Of a stretch of 64,000 bases of DNA, positions 51,135 to 64,000 are shown in pieces (position 1 is the stretch's first letter; every line of letters begins with the position of its first letter). The notes beneath the pieces are model-generated. The model was not told the origin of the DNA. It did not search any database and saw nothing but the letters and a program-made list of their open reading frames with translations. The position numbers and the translations under genes were made by a program. The DNA comes from Cenococcum geophilum (lineage: Eukaryota): assembly GCA_050273025.1 (NCBI GenBank), contig CP158636.1, positions 2,728,001 to 2,792,000 on the forward strand. The letters are read 5' to 3'.

Positions 51135-51444
51135 GGTATCTCGGGATGTGAGAGAGTGCTTATAGATACACACCCTCTTCAATTGAGTCGGGCGCAAGTT
51201 GAGCTGTCTATGGAATGGGAAAACTTTGAAGACCGTGCTTGCATAAACTATCTGCAGCTTAATAGAACCGAAGAAAGTCCGACACCATATCAACTCCAAC
51301 CTCAACCCCAACTGGTATCACTAAACAGGTTGTATGTAGGTATTCTCTACGTATATATACTGCAACTGATTCCAGGAGGTCATATCATTGTCACCCAATC
51401 CCATATGTGATATTTAAAAGCATTCGGCTCTCCAAGTAATTACA

Positions 51445-53127
51445 ATGGCCTCAAACGAGCAAGGTTCCACTGAAAGACCAATCCCTTCATCCATTCTGAT
51501 AATAGGAAGTGGGGTCTTCGGTCTCTCTACCGCGTACTCTCTTTGTAATAACCCGTCCTTCAAAGATACTTCCATTACTCTAGTAGACCGGCACCCATTC
51601 CCAGCTCCAGATGGCGCAAGTGTATAGGCCCATTTCTTTCCCCTTCTATTTCCATTAGCTCTTCTCTTCCAAAACCTACCATATCCTCCTTTCTCCCTAT
51701 TCCTAAAACCTATTCGATCCCCCATATCCAACCTACCGCTCCCCTCATTACCACCCATTCCTAGCTCCCAGCATTCATCCCATCCCCTCTCCCCTTCTCT
51801 CCCCCATCACTACCACACCGAACTCACCAACCACCCCCAGATCGACTGCTCCCGCATCGTCCGCGCCGACTACGCAGACCCAGCCTACGCCGCCCTCGCC
51901 GCCTCCGCCCAAACCCTCTGGCGTGGCGCCTGGGGCGCCGACAACCGCTACCACGAGTCGGGCCTCGTGCTGACCGCCTCGCCCGGACGCGAAGCCTACG
52001 TCGCCGCCAGCCTAGCCAACGTGCAGGACCTGACCGCCACCTCCGCCACTCCGGCTTCTACTCCCTCCTCCGGCATCGAAGTCCTCCCCACCCCCGCGGC
52101 CATCCAGCGCGCCGCGGGCGTCGACCCCGCCAGCGAGGCCGCGAGCGGGACGACGGGGTACTTCAACGCGGCGGCCGGCTGGGCGGACGCGGAAGCGTGC
52201 ATGCGGTGGCTGCGATCCCAAGCCGAGGCCCTCAACCGCGTGCGCTTCGAGACGGGCACCGTTACCCGCCTTCTCTACACCGATTCCAACGGCAACGCCA
52301 ACCCCCGCGTCGCCGGCGCGCAGCTCTCCGACGCGCGCACCCTCACCGCCGAACTGACCGTGCTGGCCGCCGGCGCCTGGACGCCGTCGCTGCTCGACAC
52401 GCGCGGGATCCTGACGGCCACGGGTCAGGTCCTGTGCTACGTCCCGCTCTCGGCCGCCGAGCAGGACCGGCTGGGCGCGCTGCCGGCGCTGCTGAACATG
52501 TCGACGGGCATGTTCGTCATCCCGCCGGCCAACCGCGTCTTGAAAGTCGCGCGCCACGCTCACGGCTATCTCAATCCGGTGAGGGTGCCGTATCCGGAGC
52601 CGCTGGCTGCTTCTGCCTCTTGCTCTCCCTCTGCCAGCGCCAGTGCCAGCGCCGATACCACCACCACCACCAGCGCCCGTACGCCCACCATCACCACGTC
52701 CCTCCCCGCGACCGCCCTCTCCAACCCCCCCACCACCACCGTCCCCCCCGAAGGCCAGGCCGCCTGCCGCGCCTTCCTCGCCGCCCTGCACCCGTCCCTC
52801 GCCACGCGGCCATGGTCCCACACGCGCATCTGCTGGTACGCCGACACGCCGCGGGGCGACTTCCTGATCGACCACCACCCCAAGTACGCAGGGCTGTTCG
52901 TCGCGACGGGGGGCAGTGGGCACGCGTTTAAGTTTCTGCCGGTGATAGGGGCGAAGGTCGTCGAGTGTATCGTGGGGAGGCTGCCGGAGGAGCTGAGGCG
53001 GAAGTGGGGGTGGTCGGGGGAGAGGGTGGAGGAGGGGACGTGGGTGGGGGATGGGAGTCGGGCGGGGAGGAGGGGGATGGTGTTGAGGGAGGAGATGGGT
53101 AAGGGTGGAGGGAAGAGCAGGTTGTAG
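51445..53127 (+). CDS. FAD-dependent oxidoreductase (L-pipecolate/sarcosine oxidase, MSOX family), 2 exons
   Basis: IIGSGVFGLST, AS|IDCSRIVRADY across intron 51622-51840, RICWYADTP and ATGGSGHAFKFLPVIG. Confidence 0.9.
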
Positions 53128-53244
53128 ATTGTTGGGCTAGAGGTAGCAGTATAGAAGAGGAGGGGCAGAGGTGTTGAGTCCCCGGAGTAAAGGGAGTAAG
53201 GCGGGGGTAGTAAGGCGGGTTTAATGAGGAATGGAGACGGGATA

Positions 53245-53517
53245 TCCCATCCGCGTCCAACGAGCAAGTGGCCCGTGCGCGAAGACCAGGTTCAAGACAG
53301 CGCGTACACTTATATAGATTCCATCAATTAATTACCTACTATAATATAAAATACCGTTTTGTAGGAAGGATAAGTGCTAGCAACCTTATATCGAACGACT
53401 TAACTCCTGAAATCAGGCGTGCATGTCAAATTACTACAAAATCAAAGGCTCTATTCCTTAGTACGGGCGTTAAATTCAGCTCGATTAATTATCGATAACC
53501 GTTGACGGGATAAGGGA
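53245..53517. mobile_element. MITE family copy (long form, 273 bp)
   Basis: TA|TCCC...TGACGGGATAAGGGA|TA, with internal blocks shared with 26311-26620. Confidence 0.7.
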
Positions 53518-54314
53518 TAGAAGTATCAAGGGTAGTAATAGCATAACGCATCACGTCACGGAGCATGCAGAGACACAACATATTAGATCGTGGTTGGGAT
53601 TTAGCTACCTCACTAAAGCCCATTCCGCAGCAACAGGCGCGATAAGCAAACCACGATACTTAATGTATCACCATCGTTCAACTGAGAGCCCCGACATCCA
53701 TCGGCAGTCAACAGGGCTCTCCTAAAGCAAACGCTCGCTCGCTCAGCCGTCAACCAATCCATGTCTCATCCACACCACCACATACTTTTCAATCTCACCT
53801 CCACCACCGCCCACCAAGACTCACGACTGCCACCTAGCCAGGCAACTCTTGAGTGAAATATAGAGTGGAACACCGTCAGATCCCCCCATGTTTGAACAAA
53901 TTAAGTCGGAGACCGATCGACCAGCGCACCATCGCCGCCACATAAGCCAGCGTGTGCAGCCTTTCTAGAATGTGGAATAAGGAGTTTTGAGAAATGCCCG
54001 AAAAAGAAGTGAAAGCCTCCATTACGCAAGGCTCGAACGACCCGGGCCCGAACACCATGCAATGCCGCAAAGAACACATGAGTTAAGGAAAATAAAGTGA
54101 AAAGGAAAGAATGAGTCTGAAGCTTCGCCGGTCATGCGCGACAAGTTTGAGGGAAGTCGGCGGAAAGGTTGATGCAAGACGACTCAAAGCCGGATCGAAG
54201 TCGACGCTAGTGACACGATCGATCTTTAGAGAAGATGTATTAATACAAACGGTCTAACGCGGTGCTACAGGGTATCATTTCACCTGTGCGCCGAGTTGTT
54301 GCTCGATATACCAA

Positions 54315-55219
54315 TCAAGACTTGCGGAAATCCGACAGCACAGGGTAGATGAGCTCGAAAGCTCTGAATAGTATGTTAGCACAAGGATTAGTAGACATTT
54401 TCAAGGTCGCAACTCACTGGTAGATCTCCTCGCGAACCTTGGCGCCAGTGAGGACAATCTTGCCGCTCACAAAGATCAAGAGGACGATCTTCGGCTTCAT
54501 CATGCGGTAGATCAAACCAGGAAATAGCTCCGGTTCATAAGACGAGAAGTTGTGATGGCGACTAGCCAAACCTTCAAGACGAATCGGGAACTTGATGTCG
54601 CAAGACCCAACAATGTTTTGAATCTTGAAGTCTGTAAACTTGGCATTAAAGCCGAGCTTCTGAATAATACGAGCGTATTTGCGACTCGCCAGTCTGCTAT
54701 CGTCTTCCGATTTCGCGCCAGTCACAACCATCTTGCCCGAAGCGAAGATGAGAGCGGTCGTCTTCGGTTCACGAATACGCATGATGACGGCAGCGAAACG
54801 CTACAAGTACAAGTTCAGCAAAAAGAATTAGAAGAGGCTGGCGGAGCGAGTCAGTACCTTTGGGTTGTACTCGGCATTGCGTGCATGCAAAGCAATCGTC
54901 TTGAGATCAAGCCGGCAGTCAAGATTGACGGTTGCGACAATGTTTCTTTGGGCATGCACTTTAGAACCCCATTAGGTTAAATGAGGATTTCGGGTAATAC
55001 TTACTGCAAGGTAGGAATAATGCCGCTCGCAGAGTTTTGAGTGCCAGGTGTAGCCGCGGGAGTGGCGACACCATTCACCGCATTGTTCTGTTGTTGACTG
55101 TCCTTCTCGGATGATGGAGGAGTCAACTCGCCTGCGCCGCCAGGGAATGACAATGATGTAGGAGCCGTGAAAGCCTTGGCCTGTTGCGCGGTCGCCGGGT
55201 GGGTAGTCAAAGAATCCAT
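54315..55219 (-). CDS. SPT15: TATA-box binding protein, 4 exons
   Basis: [71 protein letters not shown]. Confidence 0.98.
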
Positions 55220-57576
55220 GATTTATTCGAGAGGTTGTGGTTTATCGCAAGATAATCCTTTTGATGAGGGACTCAGTGAAGGGAATCGGAAAGTCTTGAC
55301 AATCTGTTTGATAGCACAATAGGTTAGATGAGGTCACCGACGCAAGGTTCAGTTCGACGAGGTCGACGAGGCTCGAGATCGCAGGAGTAGTATGCGAGGT
55401 CGTTCGGCGTCTGCGATGCCTTTGATGGCGTCGTCGATGCTGAGATGGGTTCGTACCGGTCAGTGGGAGATGAACAACTCAATGTGTCCCTCACAGCGCT
55501 GCCAAGCGTGGTCGCCGACTATCGCCCGATCGCAATTATCGAGGCCGACAGTGGTCAGGAAGCAGAGGTTGATGAGAGCGCAAAGGCGAAACCAGCTAGC
55601 CTTTGGTGTGGTCGAAGAATGAGGATGCGATCAGACCGTGGACTGAAAGTGAGGCTGTCGCAAAGTCGAGATCGCTAGAACCGATTGGGAAACGGCCCCT
55701 GTACCTCGGAGGGAGCGGAAAGGTGCGCTTTTAGCACACAGAGGGATGCAGAAACGGAGGTAAGCGAGTGCGCAGATAGAAAACGTTGGTGTTTTCTGGC
55801 TGCGACGATGGTGGTGGGGGGGTTGTGGTGAGGAGGGAGGCAGAGTGCAAACAACGGGCGGCCAAAATGTAAGAAAGAAGGCGGGAGGGCAGGCTGTTTA
55901 AGTACTCTTCTGCCTGATTTCCACGCCATGCTCCATTCGGCTAAGCGCCATGGCATGAAAATAAGAGTCACAGTTAGCGCACTGCTGTTTCGCCGCTTTG
56001 GAAAGCCAAGACGCCCCTCCCACCTGCTCCCTGGGCCCCCTTTTACGCGCTTCCGCCCACCAGCGTCGCGGCCCTCCTAATCCAGCTGCTAACCCTGCTG
56101 ACCCCCTAAACCCCCAGCAAGGCTAAAGCTCAGCCTTGTACCGTGCATCGACACATCGACCCATCGACGAATCCGCGACAGCGCTGCGAAAGACCGAGAA
56201 TTTCTAACGACCTGACCGCAGGGCCCTCTGAACCACTGCCCAAGAGGTCGCGATCGTCGGGCAGCGTCGGCACCCCCGGCCATCGCCTCCTGTTCCACGA
56301 CTCGCCCGACAGCCCAGGAAGCCAATCCAGACCCACACCAACAGCCCATCCGACTAGCATTGCGCAGACTGAAAGCACGGCTAGTGTCTCACTCCAAAAT
56401 ACTTAGGAGCCTGGAGGAACATATTGGAGGCATGGCATACTATGTAACCGTTGAGGGGCCTGAGATCGACCTCCGGTCTAGAACGCCATAGTGCATGGAC
56501 GGAGTTAATGTGCAAGGTAGGGTTTAGGCTCCAGGATAAGCTCCCTACAGACAAGATTTATATCGCGATTCATGCGATAATTAACAGAAGTCGTTCGAGA
56601 CCTGTAATAAAGAGCAGAATGCAACATGCGATCAAGCACGATATAGTCTCAGGCGTCCGGTCAGGATTTGGGGGCTCCGCCGGAGAATAAAGTATCGCTC
56701 AGCTGGTTTTGGCTCCAGGAAGTGGCACCCATCGGCGCGCGGCTTGGTAGTTGTCGATCCGGTGAGGCGAAGCAAAACTTTACGCCGCAAGACTTTTTCT
56801 TACACTCCACTAACGCAATTTGCTACCTCATCCAAAGCTTGACTCGACCGAATATCAACCAACAAGCCCACCAACTCCAACGTGACAGAACAGAGTCTTG
56901 TCACTGTCACATCTGGGAACCAATTTTCTCGTGACTAACAAATGTGGCGTTTTCATATTCTTGTCCCACCAGAAACAAGTATCTCTTTGTACCTCGACGG
57001 AATAGTCACCTCATTCCCTATTCGCTAACATGAGAAACCGGAAGGGTTACATTAGTGTTAAAATGCGACAAGTGTTTTTGCGAAGATTTAATAACTTCTT
57101 CCAATCTACTGCTTCAGCATGCACTTCTGCGGTTGCTTGTTAGAAAAATCCCAGCTTCATATTATTTGATCCTGAATGTCGACCCCATCACATTCTAATG
57201 CAAGTTCAAAGGATTATTAACAGCCTTTTTATTGAATTCCAGCAATGGCTGTTGTTGCCTTGAACCCAGCCATCCCCTCCTCTCAAGGCTTCAGCCACCA
57301 GCACCACATCTCACAAACCTCAATGACTCTAGGCATCCATTTAGTTATTAGAAAGTCACATGCCTTTGTTTGTTACCGTTTTACACCACTACAGTACTGA
57401 TTGTTGTTTACTGGCCATACGCAACCGCGTCTATCTTAAGTCTTGCACGCTTGTAAGTTTCGTTACTCTGCTTGAGCGGCTGGAGACATCCATAGTGGGC
57501 ATTGAGATAACTTATATTTATATGTACAGGTAGCACGAAGCTCAATCAAAGCCCAACCCCAATACCGAAATCCATT

Positions 57577-59877
57577 ATGGTATCCAACGACAGCTGGGCG
57601 TTTGCGAAAATGTGGAAACGAAAATCTGCATCGCAACCCATTACGGGGAAACTCCTCTCCTCCAGCGACCTGTCCATGCCGAATGGGCAGAAAGCAACCT
57701 CTCCTCCCCCTGCCCCAACCATTCCCGGCAAGGACCCAAGTTTCGGAACAAATGTTGTCCTGAAGACATTTTACGAAGGCAAAAACAGTAGTGCAGGTTA
57801 CTACGATTGGGTCGAAACTCCACCGAAGCAGCTTAACAAGAAGATTGCCAAATCCTATGATCGAGTTGCTATCAAGGTTTACAAGATCAAAGATTCTGAA
57901 CAGCCCACAATCTCCGGCCGCACTGCGCTCAAGTACCACATGATAGAGATCCAAAGCCCAATCCTTGTCGCCGCTCTCAAGGATATTTTGAAGCACGAAA
58001 ATGTCTTCCTCGAGGCGACGGAGATCGCTAGATTCCAGGAGCCATTCAAGTCATTGTATTTTTGCTGTGACAAGATCGTAGACTTACACAGGAAATCAGA
58101 AGAAAACAGTCTCCTTAAACAGCATCTTGAGCTCTTACTCCAGGTTATGTCCGGCCTATTCGGCGGTTTCATGACACAGTTGAAGCATCTCCGAGCCAGT
58201 GGATTGATATCTTTCAAGCTGGCTTGGACGTACTTCCCCAAGAACTCAATTGTCTACAGCGCAGCCAGGGACTGTGAGCGATTGTGTAAAGTCATCGATA
58301 CTGCATACCGAAATAAACCTGAACCCCATATGGCCATCATTTGCCAGGATATCAGCTTTGATGGCGAAGCTTTCGTTTGGAAACCGGTCGAGCTGCAGGT
58401 ACCTGCCTTCCCAGGCAATTTACCTGTCACTGCTCTTCCCAACTACCCTCTCATATTTCATGAAGATCAAGAGGGTGTAAAGTCGAGGTTGACTATTAGA
58501 GGGAAGAAAATTCTCAATTACCAGCAGCTCACATATTGCGAGTACTCAGGGCTAGGCGTGCACAATAAAGGATGCGACGTTGAGAAGCATAATGTATGAA
58601 GATGTTCCAGGAAAGTACTGGCAAAATCCAAACGCACTGCTAACGAGACGCTGTAGGTGTCTGGTCGGATTCTCATCGATGCGTATGGGTACAACAAGCA
58701 TCATCTGGCTCTCCAAAGAAGGGAAGGTAAAGAAGTAACAGAGGAAGACACCAGTGATTCTGAAGACGAGGACGAGAAGCCATCAGCAGAAAAATCCACA
58801 TATATCAAGCGGCTTAGCGACGAGAGACAGCAAAAGAACAAAGATGAGATGCTCGCTAGAGAGCAGGATCTCATTCTCCTTTCCCCAATCCTGACTGGGT
58901 TTGCATTGAAAAATAAGCTTTGGTGTGAGTACTCAAGTTCGGCCTTTGACACATGACTAGTGCTAATTATCTCCAAGTGAGCTTCTATGTCGATGACATC
59001 AAGCCTGTGGTTTGGAACGACGAAGCATATGACCACTTGGTTTACCCGGAAGAGCAGAAGGATTTGGTCTTAACCTTCGTCGAGAATCATCAGCGAACGA
59101 AAGGAGTGGATGATGTCATCATGGGGAAAGGTTAGTGATTATAACAATGAGTATTGTTCACTCAGCTCATCATTCCATTTAGGTCAAGGATTAATCCTCC
59201 TCCTGAGCGGCCCTCCAGGCACCGGCAAAACGCTCACCGCTGAAGCTGGTAAGTCTAAAGTCCCTCAATACCACTTCAAGCCCTCTAATTAACTATCCCT
59301 AGTGGCCGACAAAACGCGCCGCCCTCTCTACTACCTCCAAGCCGAAGATCTCGGCACCAACGCCGCCTACCTCGGGCCAAAGATCAAGAAAGTCTTCGAG
59401 ATGGCGACGGAATGGAACGCCGTGATCCTGCTCGACGAAGCCGACGTCTTCATGGCGGAGCGCTCGCCCGCCGACATCGCGCGCAACGAGCTCGTCTCCA
59501 TCTTCCTGCGCGAGCTCGAGTACTTCCGCGGCATCATCTTCCTGACCACGAATCTCTACTCCACCATCGACACCGCCTTCCGCTCGCGCGTCAACATCCA
59601 CCTGCTGTTCGAGCCGCTGCCGCCCGCGTCCCGCCTCGTGCTGTGGCGCAAGTTCTTGGACCGCCTGCCGATGGAGACGGGGAAGGTGAGGCCGTTGGAG
59701 GGGCTGGAGCGGGGGGATTTGGAGGAGCTGGCGAAGTGGGAGTTGAACGGAAGAGAGATTAAGAATGCGATTAAGACGGTTAAGACATGGTGCGATTGTA
59801 AGGAGTATAATATGTCGTTGCTGAGACTCGAGAGTGGTATTAAGGTTACGGCGCCACAGGCTAAGAAGGCTGAGTGA
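57577..59877 (+). CDS. Fungal AAA+ ATPase (DUF7025-type N-terminus), multi-exon
   Basis: Walker A GPPGTGKTLTAE, Walker B ILLDEADVF, FLRELEYFRGIIFLTTN and LNGREIKN. An upstream exon is possible (acceptor near 57528). Confidence 0.9.
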
Positions 59878-60299
59878 GGAGGATAAAAAGGTGAAGTCGT
59901 TTAGGCGGCCCTTTTGTGCAGTGAGCCATGGGTACGAAGTGACAACTGCGGGTGAGCAAGGAGAGGTGGGTAATGTAATGGACGCGGATAAGTAAAATCC
60001 ATAAGTTCACTGTAGTCATAAGAATTAACCATTTGTATCACTACCATTCACAGAGGTACCCAACTATTTAAATAGTTAACCCTCTACTCTGTCACTCGTC
60101 CCTGTGAACTATGTGCGAAGTGATAAAGGCAGAATACAAAGAATGCCCGCACACCGACGGCCCCGAATGGTGGTGTACTGCCAAAAAACCCACACGTGGA
60201 TGGAAAGAACACCGCCGTGCGAACGCTGCGTGAAGCCGCTGCGGAAGGGCTGATATTCCATGGCGCTGAAGTGCCCATTACGCACGAATGCTGATAATA

Positions 60300-61000
60300 T
60301 TGATAAGGGGCTCTGGGGAGGTTTTAATAAAGCTAGTAATCTACTAGAGCTTTATTAATATAAGTTATAGCTAATAATAATTACTACACTATAATATACA
60401 TGTTCTTAGAAGAAGATAGGTTATAAAAAGGCCGGTAGAGAAGGTAGTAAGTCCACCAATTTATATAAAACTAATAGCTAATAAAGGAGCAGCTACTATA
60501 CCTTCTTTCTCTACTACCTCCTAATCCTCTATACTACGCCAAGATCGCGATATACGCGCTACTTTTACTACGTCTACCTTATAAACTACCTCCGAGCCAT
60601 GCGAACGAGCTTATACCATAATTAATTGTGTTGAGAATTTGGTGGCTGGGCCCAATATAGGGTGGCCGTTACCAGCCACCTAATTATTGATGCATATATA
60701 TACGAGCTTCTTACTCCATCAAATATAAATTATTCAACCTTTCCATCTACTTTTGACTCCCCTCAGTCGTTTATTTCAACAAATTGATAGGGAGGAGCTT
60801 AATAGGCAATATACCTACTAGGTGAAGCTATAGCGGATTTTCTATAGAACTTTAAAATCTATACTGTCTTGGCAAGCAATTAACAAGCAAGCAAGCAAGT
60901 AGACGTAATTTTGAGGCCAGCAAGCAAGCAAGCAGAGAAGTGTTTTGCTTGCTTGCTTGCTTATCAGCAAGTCTAGAGGTGGCGCAAGTGGTGTTAACAC
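60300..61000. mobile_element. RIP-degenerate relic with inverted (GCAA)n/(TTGC)n tracts, possible DNA transposon end
   Basis: TpA-rich segment 60300-60870, with GCAAGCAAGCAAG tracts (60887-60934) facing TTGCTTGCTTGCTTGC (60945-60962). Confidence 0.35.
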
Positions 61001-61249
61001 CTTTCTTCCTATAGGGCTTTAGATAGTTCCTGCAGGCCTTCTTATGCCTTCTTGCAGAGCAGTGAGCGCACGCAGTTTGCGAGCATGATCAAGTCTTTGA
61101 ACAGGCACAACTCATTATTGTATTAGTTTTCATTGATTTACTTCTGGTTGGTTGTCTCTCCTACCTATCCAGGCTTTATCTAAAGCTATTGCTGCTCACT
61201 AGTTTTGTTTCGTCTTGGGGGTGACTCGGTCACCGACCCGGTCACCGAC

Positions 61250-64000
61250 TTAGTCTACTACTTTATGTACACGAGTTCGTTCAGCAGGTACCCACCGCCG
61301 TGGACGATATTTCAACTTGTCTTCGTCAATACCCTCCAAAATACGATCTATAAAGGCGTTTGCCTTCTCCACTGCAGATTCGGTGGATTGAGAAATGCAA
61401 AGGTTGAAGGACGTTCCATTAGCCCCTTTCCCCATAACTCTAAGAGCAAGACGGCTAGCAGGGTCATCATCCCGTGCTTGTGTTGCGTAGACGTGGACAT
61501 GTCTTTGCCCAACTCTTGAGAACCTGGGGTAAAGCGTTAAATAATCGTCGCCAAAGTCAATACCCTTTGGGAATATAAGCCGCATATAACAGAAATAAAG
61601 AACGTAAAGCCCTTCACGTGTCTGTATTGGGGCTCGGACCCTGTAGCCTTCATATTTGTACTGTGTGTCCCACAGGCGCTTTGAGTTTTCTCCTGAGTTC
61701 CAAACATATTTTGCGACTGGGGCGCCCACCAGGAGGGGCCTGGGAAGAACTGTCTGTGTTCCCCCTGCAATAATGTTGGGATGCAAGTGCCCTGTTTGCG
61801 CATTTATATCGCTATCGGTCAGCCCCTCCAGCAACCCCGTTTCAGCGACTTCATAAGGGGCGCCATCGTTAGCCAGGATATCGCGTATTTCAATTCTACT
61901 TTCCTCCATCATCTCAGCCTCCGAGTCTTCAGCAACCATAGAGGCCTTCTTCACGAGGCCTTGAAACGAGGCATAATTTGGTGACCCGGCGAGCGATTGG
62001 TCGAGAATTTCCAGCTCATCATTTTTCCAGTTTAATCCATCGTCATACTAGGATCTCTAGTTAGCCGGGCCTTCGTATACGGCAACCACAGCCTGAATGC
62101 TCACCACTTGGTTGTCTCCTTCTTTAGAAGTAGGACTAATTGCAAGGTTTTCACGAGTTGGCTCCATTCGCTCAACGTATTTTACCTCTCCATCTTCGGA
62201 AGTTGGGGATTGGTTTAATGCATGGCTTGAGAGTTGATTCGTTCCGCCACCGGAGGATATAGATAACCTTGCTTGTTTTGCCTGCTGGACCTTATCGAAA
62301 ATACTTTTTACTTCTTGGAACTGTTCTGGCTGAAAGGCCACATCATGGTCCCTTTTACGGTAATTTCCAGTAGCCGTCTGGGGAACCGCATTGTTTGGAT
62401 ATGGGGAACGAGGGAATATGTGCAAAAGCATTAAGAGTCCCCGGGTAAGGCATCCAGCCGCTTGTTCAACCTTTCTGATGTCCTCATCGTTGATAAAACC
62501 TTTGTAGTACATCCACGCTTTAAGGTTAACGTCCAATGTATCCGTTGTCATGCGCACTCCGGTCTTTGCTTCATATTGTGCTTGGCGAAGGATATGGACA
62601 ATCGCTCCGCATCTTTCAAATACGTTTCGGTAGATCCCTTCGGTTTTTGTAAGAGTTGTAGCAAATTTGATAATGGTATCAATCCGTTGTGCAGTCGCCC
62701 AGTCCCCAATTGCTAGGGTCCATGGGAGCTCAGGGCAATATGCGTACAACCTATGCTGGCCTTCTCCACGAGTCTCCAGATAGATCTCATAGTTGTGGGT
62801 CGCAAGCTTAAGACCAAATTTCTGATAAGAATCCACTCCAGCTAGAGTTAGTTCCCTGGCATTCGTTCCGCATAAAAAGACTACTTTCAGGGCGCTTCCT
62901 TGGATCAACTTCCGATGAACTTTGGTGAGTAGTTCTTTCCATGGACTGGCTTGAAGCTTATGAAGCACGTCTATATCGACTGTAGAGGGTTGCCGAAGAT
63001 TGAATGTCCATATGAGGGAGTTCCTGGGGGTGAACCCCGTTTCCTTGAATCCCCATGGTAATTTTAGTCCTGCATCTCCATGCGAGGAATCCCCCCTTAG
63101 CTCTCCATAATCTAAAATAAATCCTATTCGTGCTGATGGACTTCCGAGTGGACGGGTAAAAGGAACAACCTCCTTTAGAAGCTTGCCGGATTCGATCTCC
63201 CCGTCTTTAAATAAATAGTCCAGATCGTGTAAAGACTTAATATCTTCGCCACCTTCAGCAAATGAATCGATCTGCACTAAGTCCGCGGTCCCTTTCAAGG
63301 CATCTTGAAGAGCGCCTATGTAGTCAAGGACAGCCCCTGACTGCCGTGCATGGCGCAAGGTATTTTTCCATTGCGGCTTCTGCGCCTGTCTGACCGAGAT
63401 CCATTGGCGAACCTCGAGATCCTGAGATTGGGATATGTCAATAGTAAACTGAATTTTCCTGAAATCATCTACTACAGCCGACTGGAGGAGTGGAGGTGCG
63501 ACATTCAGCCCAACATTTGCGTAACTGCCTGTTTCTGGTGGTCCAAAAAACGTTTCAAGGACTCTTGACGAAAGCGACTGGAAAGCCCGACAGAACACCA
63601 TCTCGAGAATGTTGTGTAATAGGCCATACCAATTCTCCGAGGAAAGTTTGTCATTGTATGGACTTGGTGGTAATCTCCAGAGTTGTATGAAACTAGAGCT
63701 TCGATGGCCGCCCCCACGGGAACAGATATAGTAATGAAGAGTATCCGACTTGCCTTTTAAAATGTTACTTAAATGGCAAGGGATACGGCGCCTAACTTCC
63801 TTTGACTGGCCAACGTAAAAGCGCAAATAACTGTCATTCCTGTTATCTTTAACGTAGTTTGCATACCCAACGGCGTCGGGCCAGTACTCAGTGTCTTTGG
63901 ATTGTGAAAGCCAGATATCATCCATACTGTAATCATTCGTTACTAACTACTCCCTAGGATCAAGTAGAAACCGTGATTATACTTACCGTTTAACCGTAAG
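61250..64000 (-). CDS. Large GIY-YIG nuclease-domain protein of unknown function, 5'-truncated by the window
   Basis: VGY..FYVGQS..RRRI..H..NILE..VGLNV motif series. Intron 62048-62104 (GTGAGC..GCTAAC..TAG) joins the 622-aa and 234-aa ORFs in frame. Intron 63927-63986 shows the gene continues beyond 64000. Confidence 0.8.

Noticed and set aside
62057..62059. Premature stop making the GIY-YIG gene a pseudogene
   Set aside because: The stop lies within a canonical 57-nt intron (62048-62104) whose removal keeps the frame open.

Overview
Nuclear DNA of a filamentous ascomycete with active or past RIP; the gene style resembles TE-rich Dothideomycetes (inference). Bases 1-13.5 kb are an AT-rich, RIP-mutated nest of Ty3/Gypsy retrotransposons: element A inserted into B, B inserted into C, plus two solo LTRs with 5-bp target-site duplications. 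Element A carries a relic antisense ORF with a six-Cys motif. From 14.9 kb there is a gene-dense region of intron-containing core genes: a conserved hypothetical, TRAPPC12-like, ILV2, PAQR/IZH, a PCI-like protein, the SSF1-RRP3 divergent pair, DUF2235, GDS1-like, OMS1-like, an FAD amine oxidase, TBP and an AAA ATPase. Three accessory patches interrupt it. The first (about 25.8-36.1 kb) is MITE-rich and holds an intact PNP_UDP-NACHT-WD40 NLR with 15 near-identical repeats and a kinase pseudogene. The second (43.2-46.0 kb) is a PNP_UDP plus ubiquitin-like gene inactivated by RIP-type stops. The third (61.2 kb to the window end) is a large spliced gene with a complete GIY-YIG nuclease motif set followed by a possible UDG-like fold, which is the best candidate for undescribed biology. 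All calls come from reading the sequence and recalled family motifs; no searches were run.
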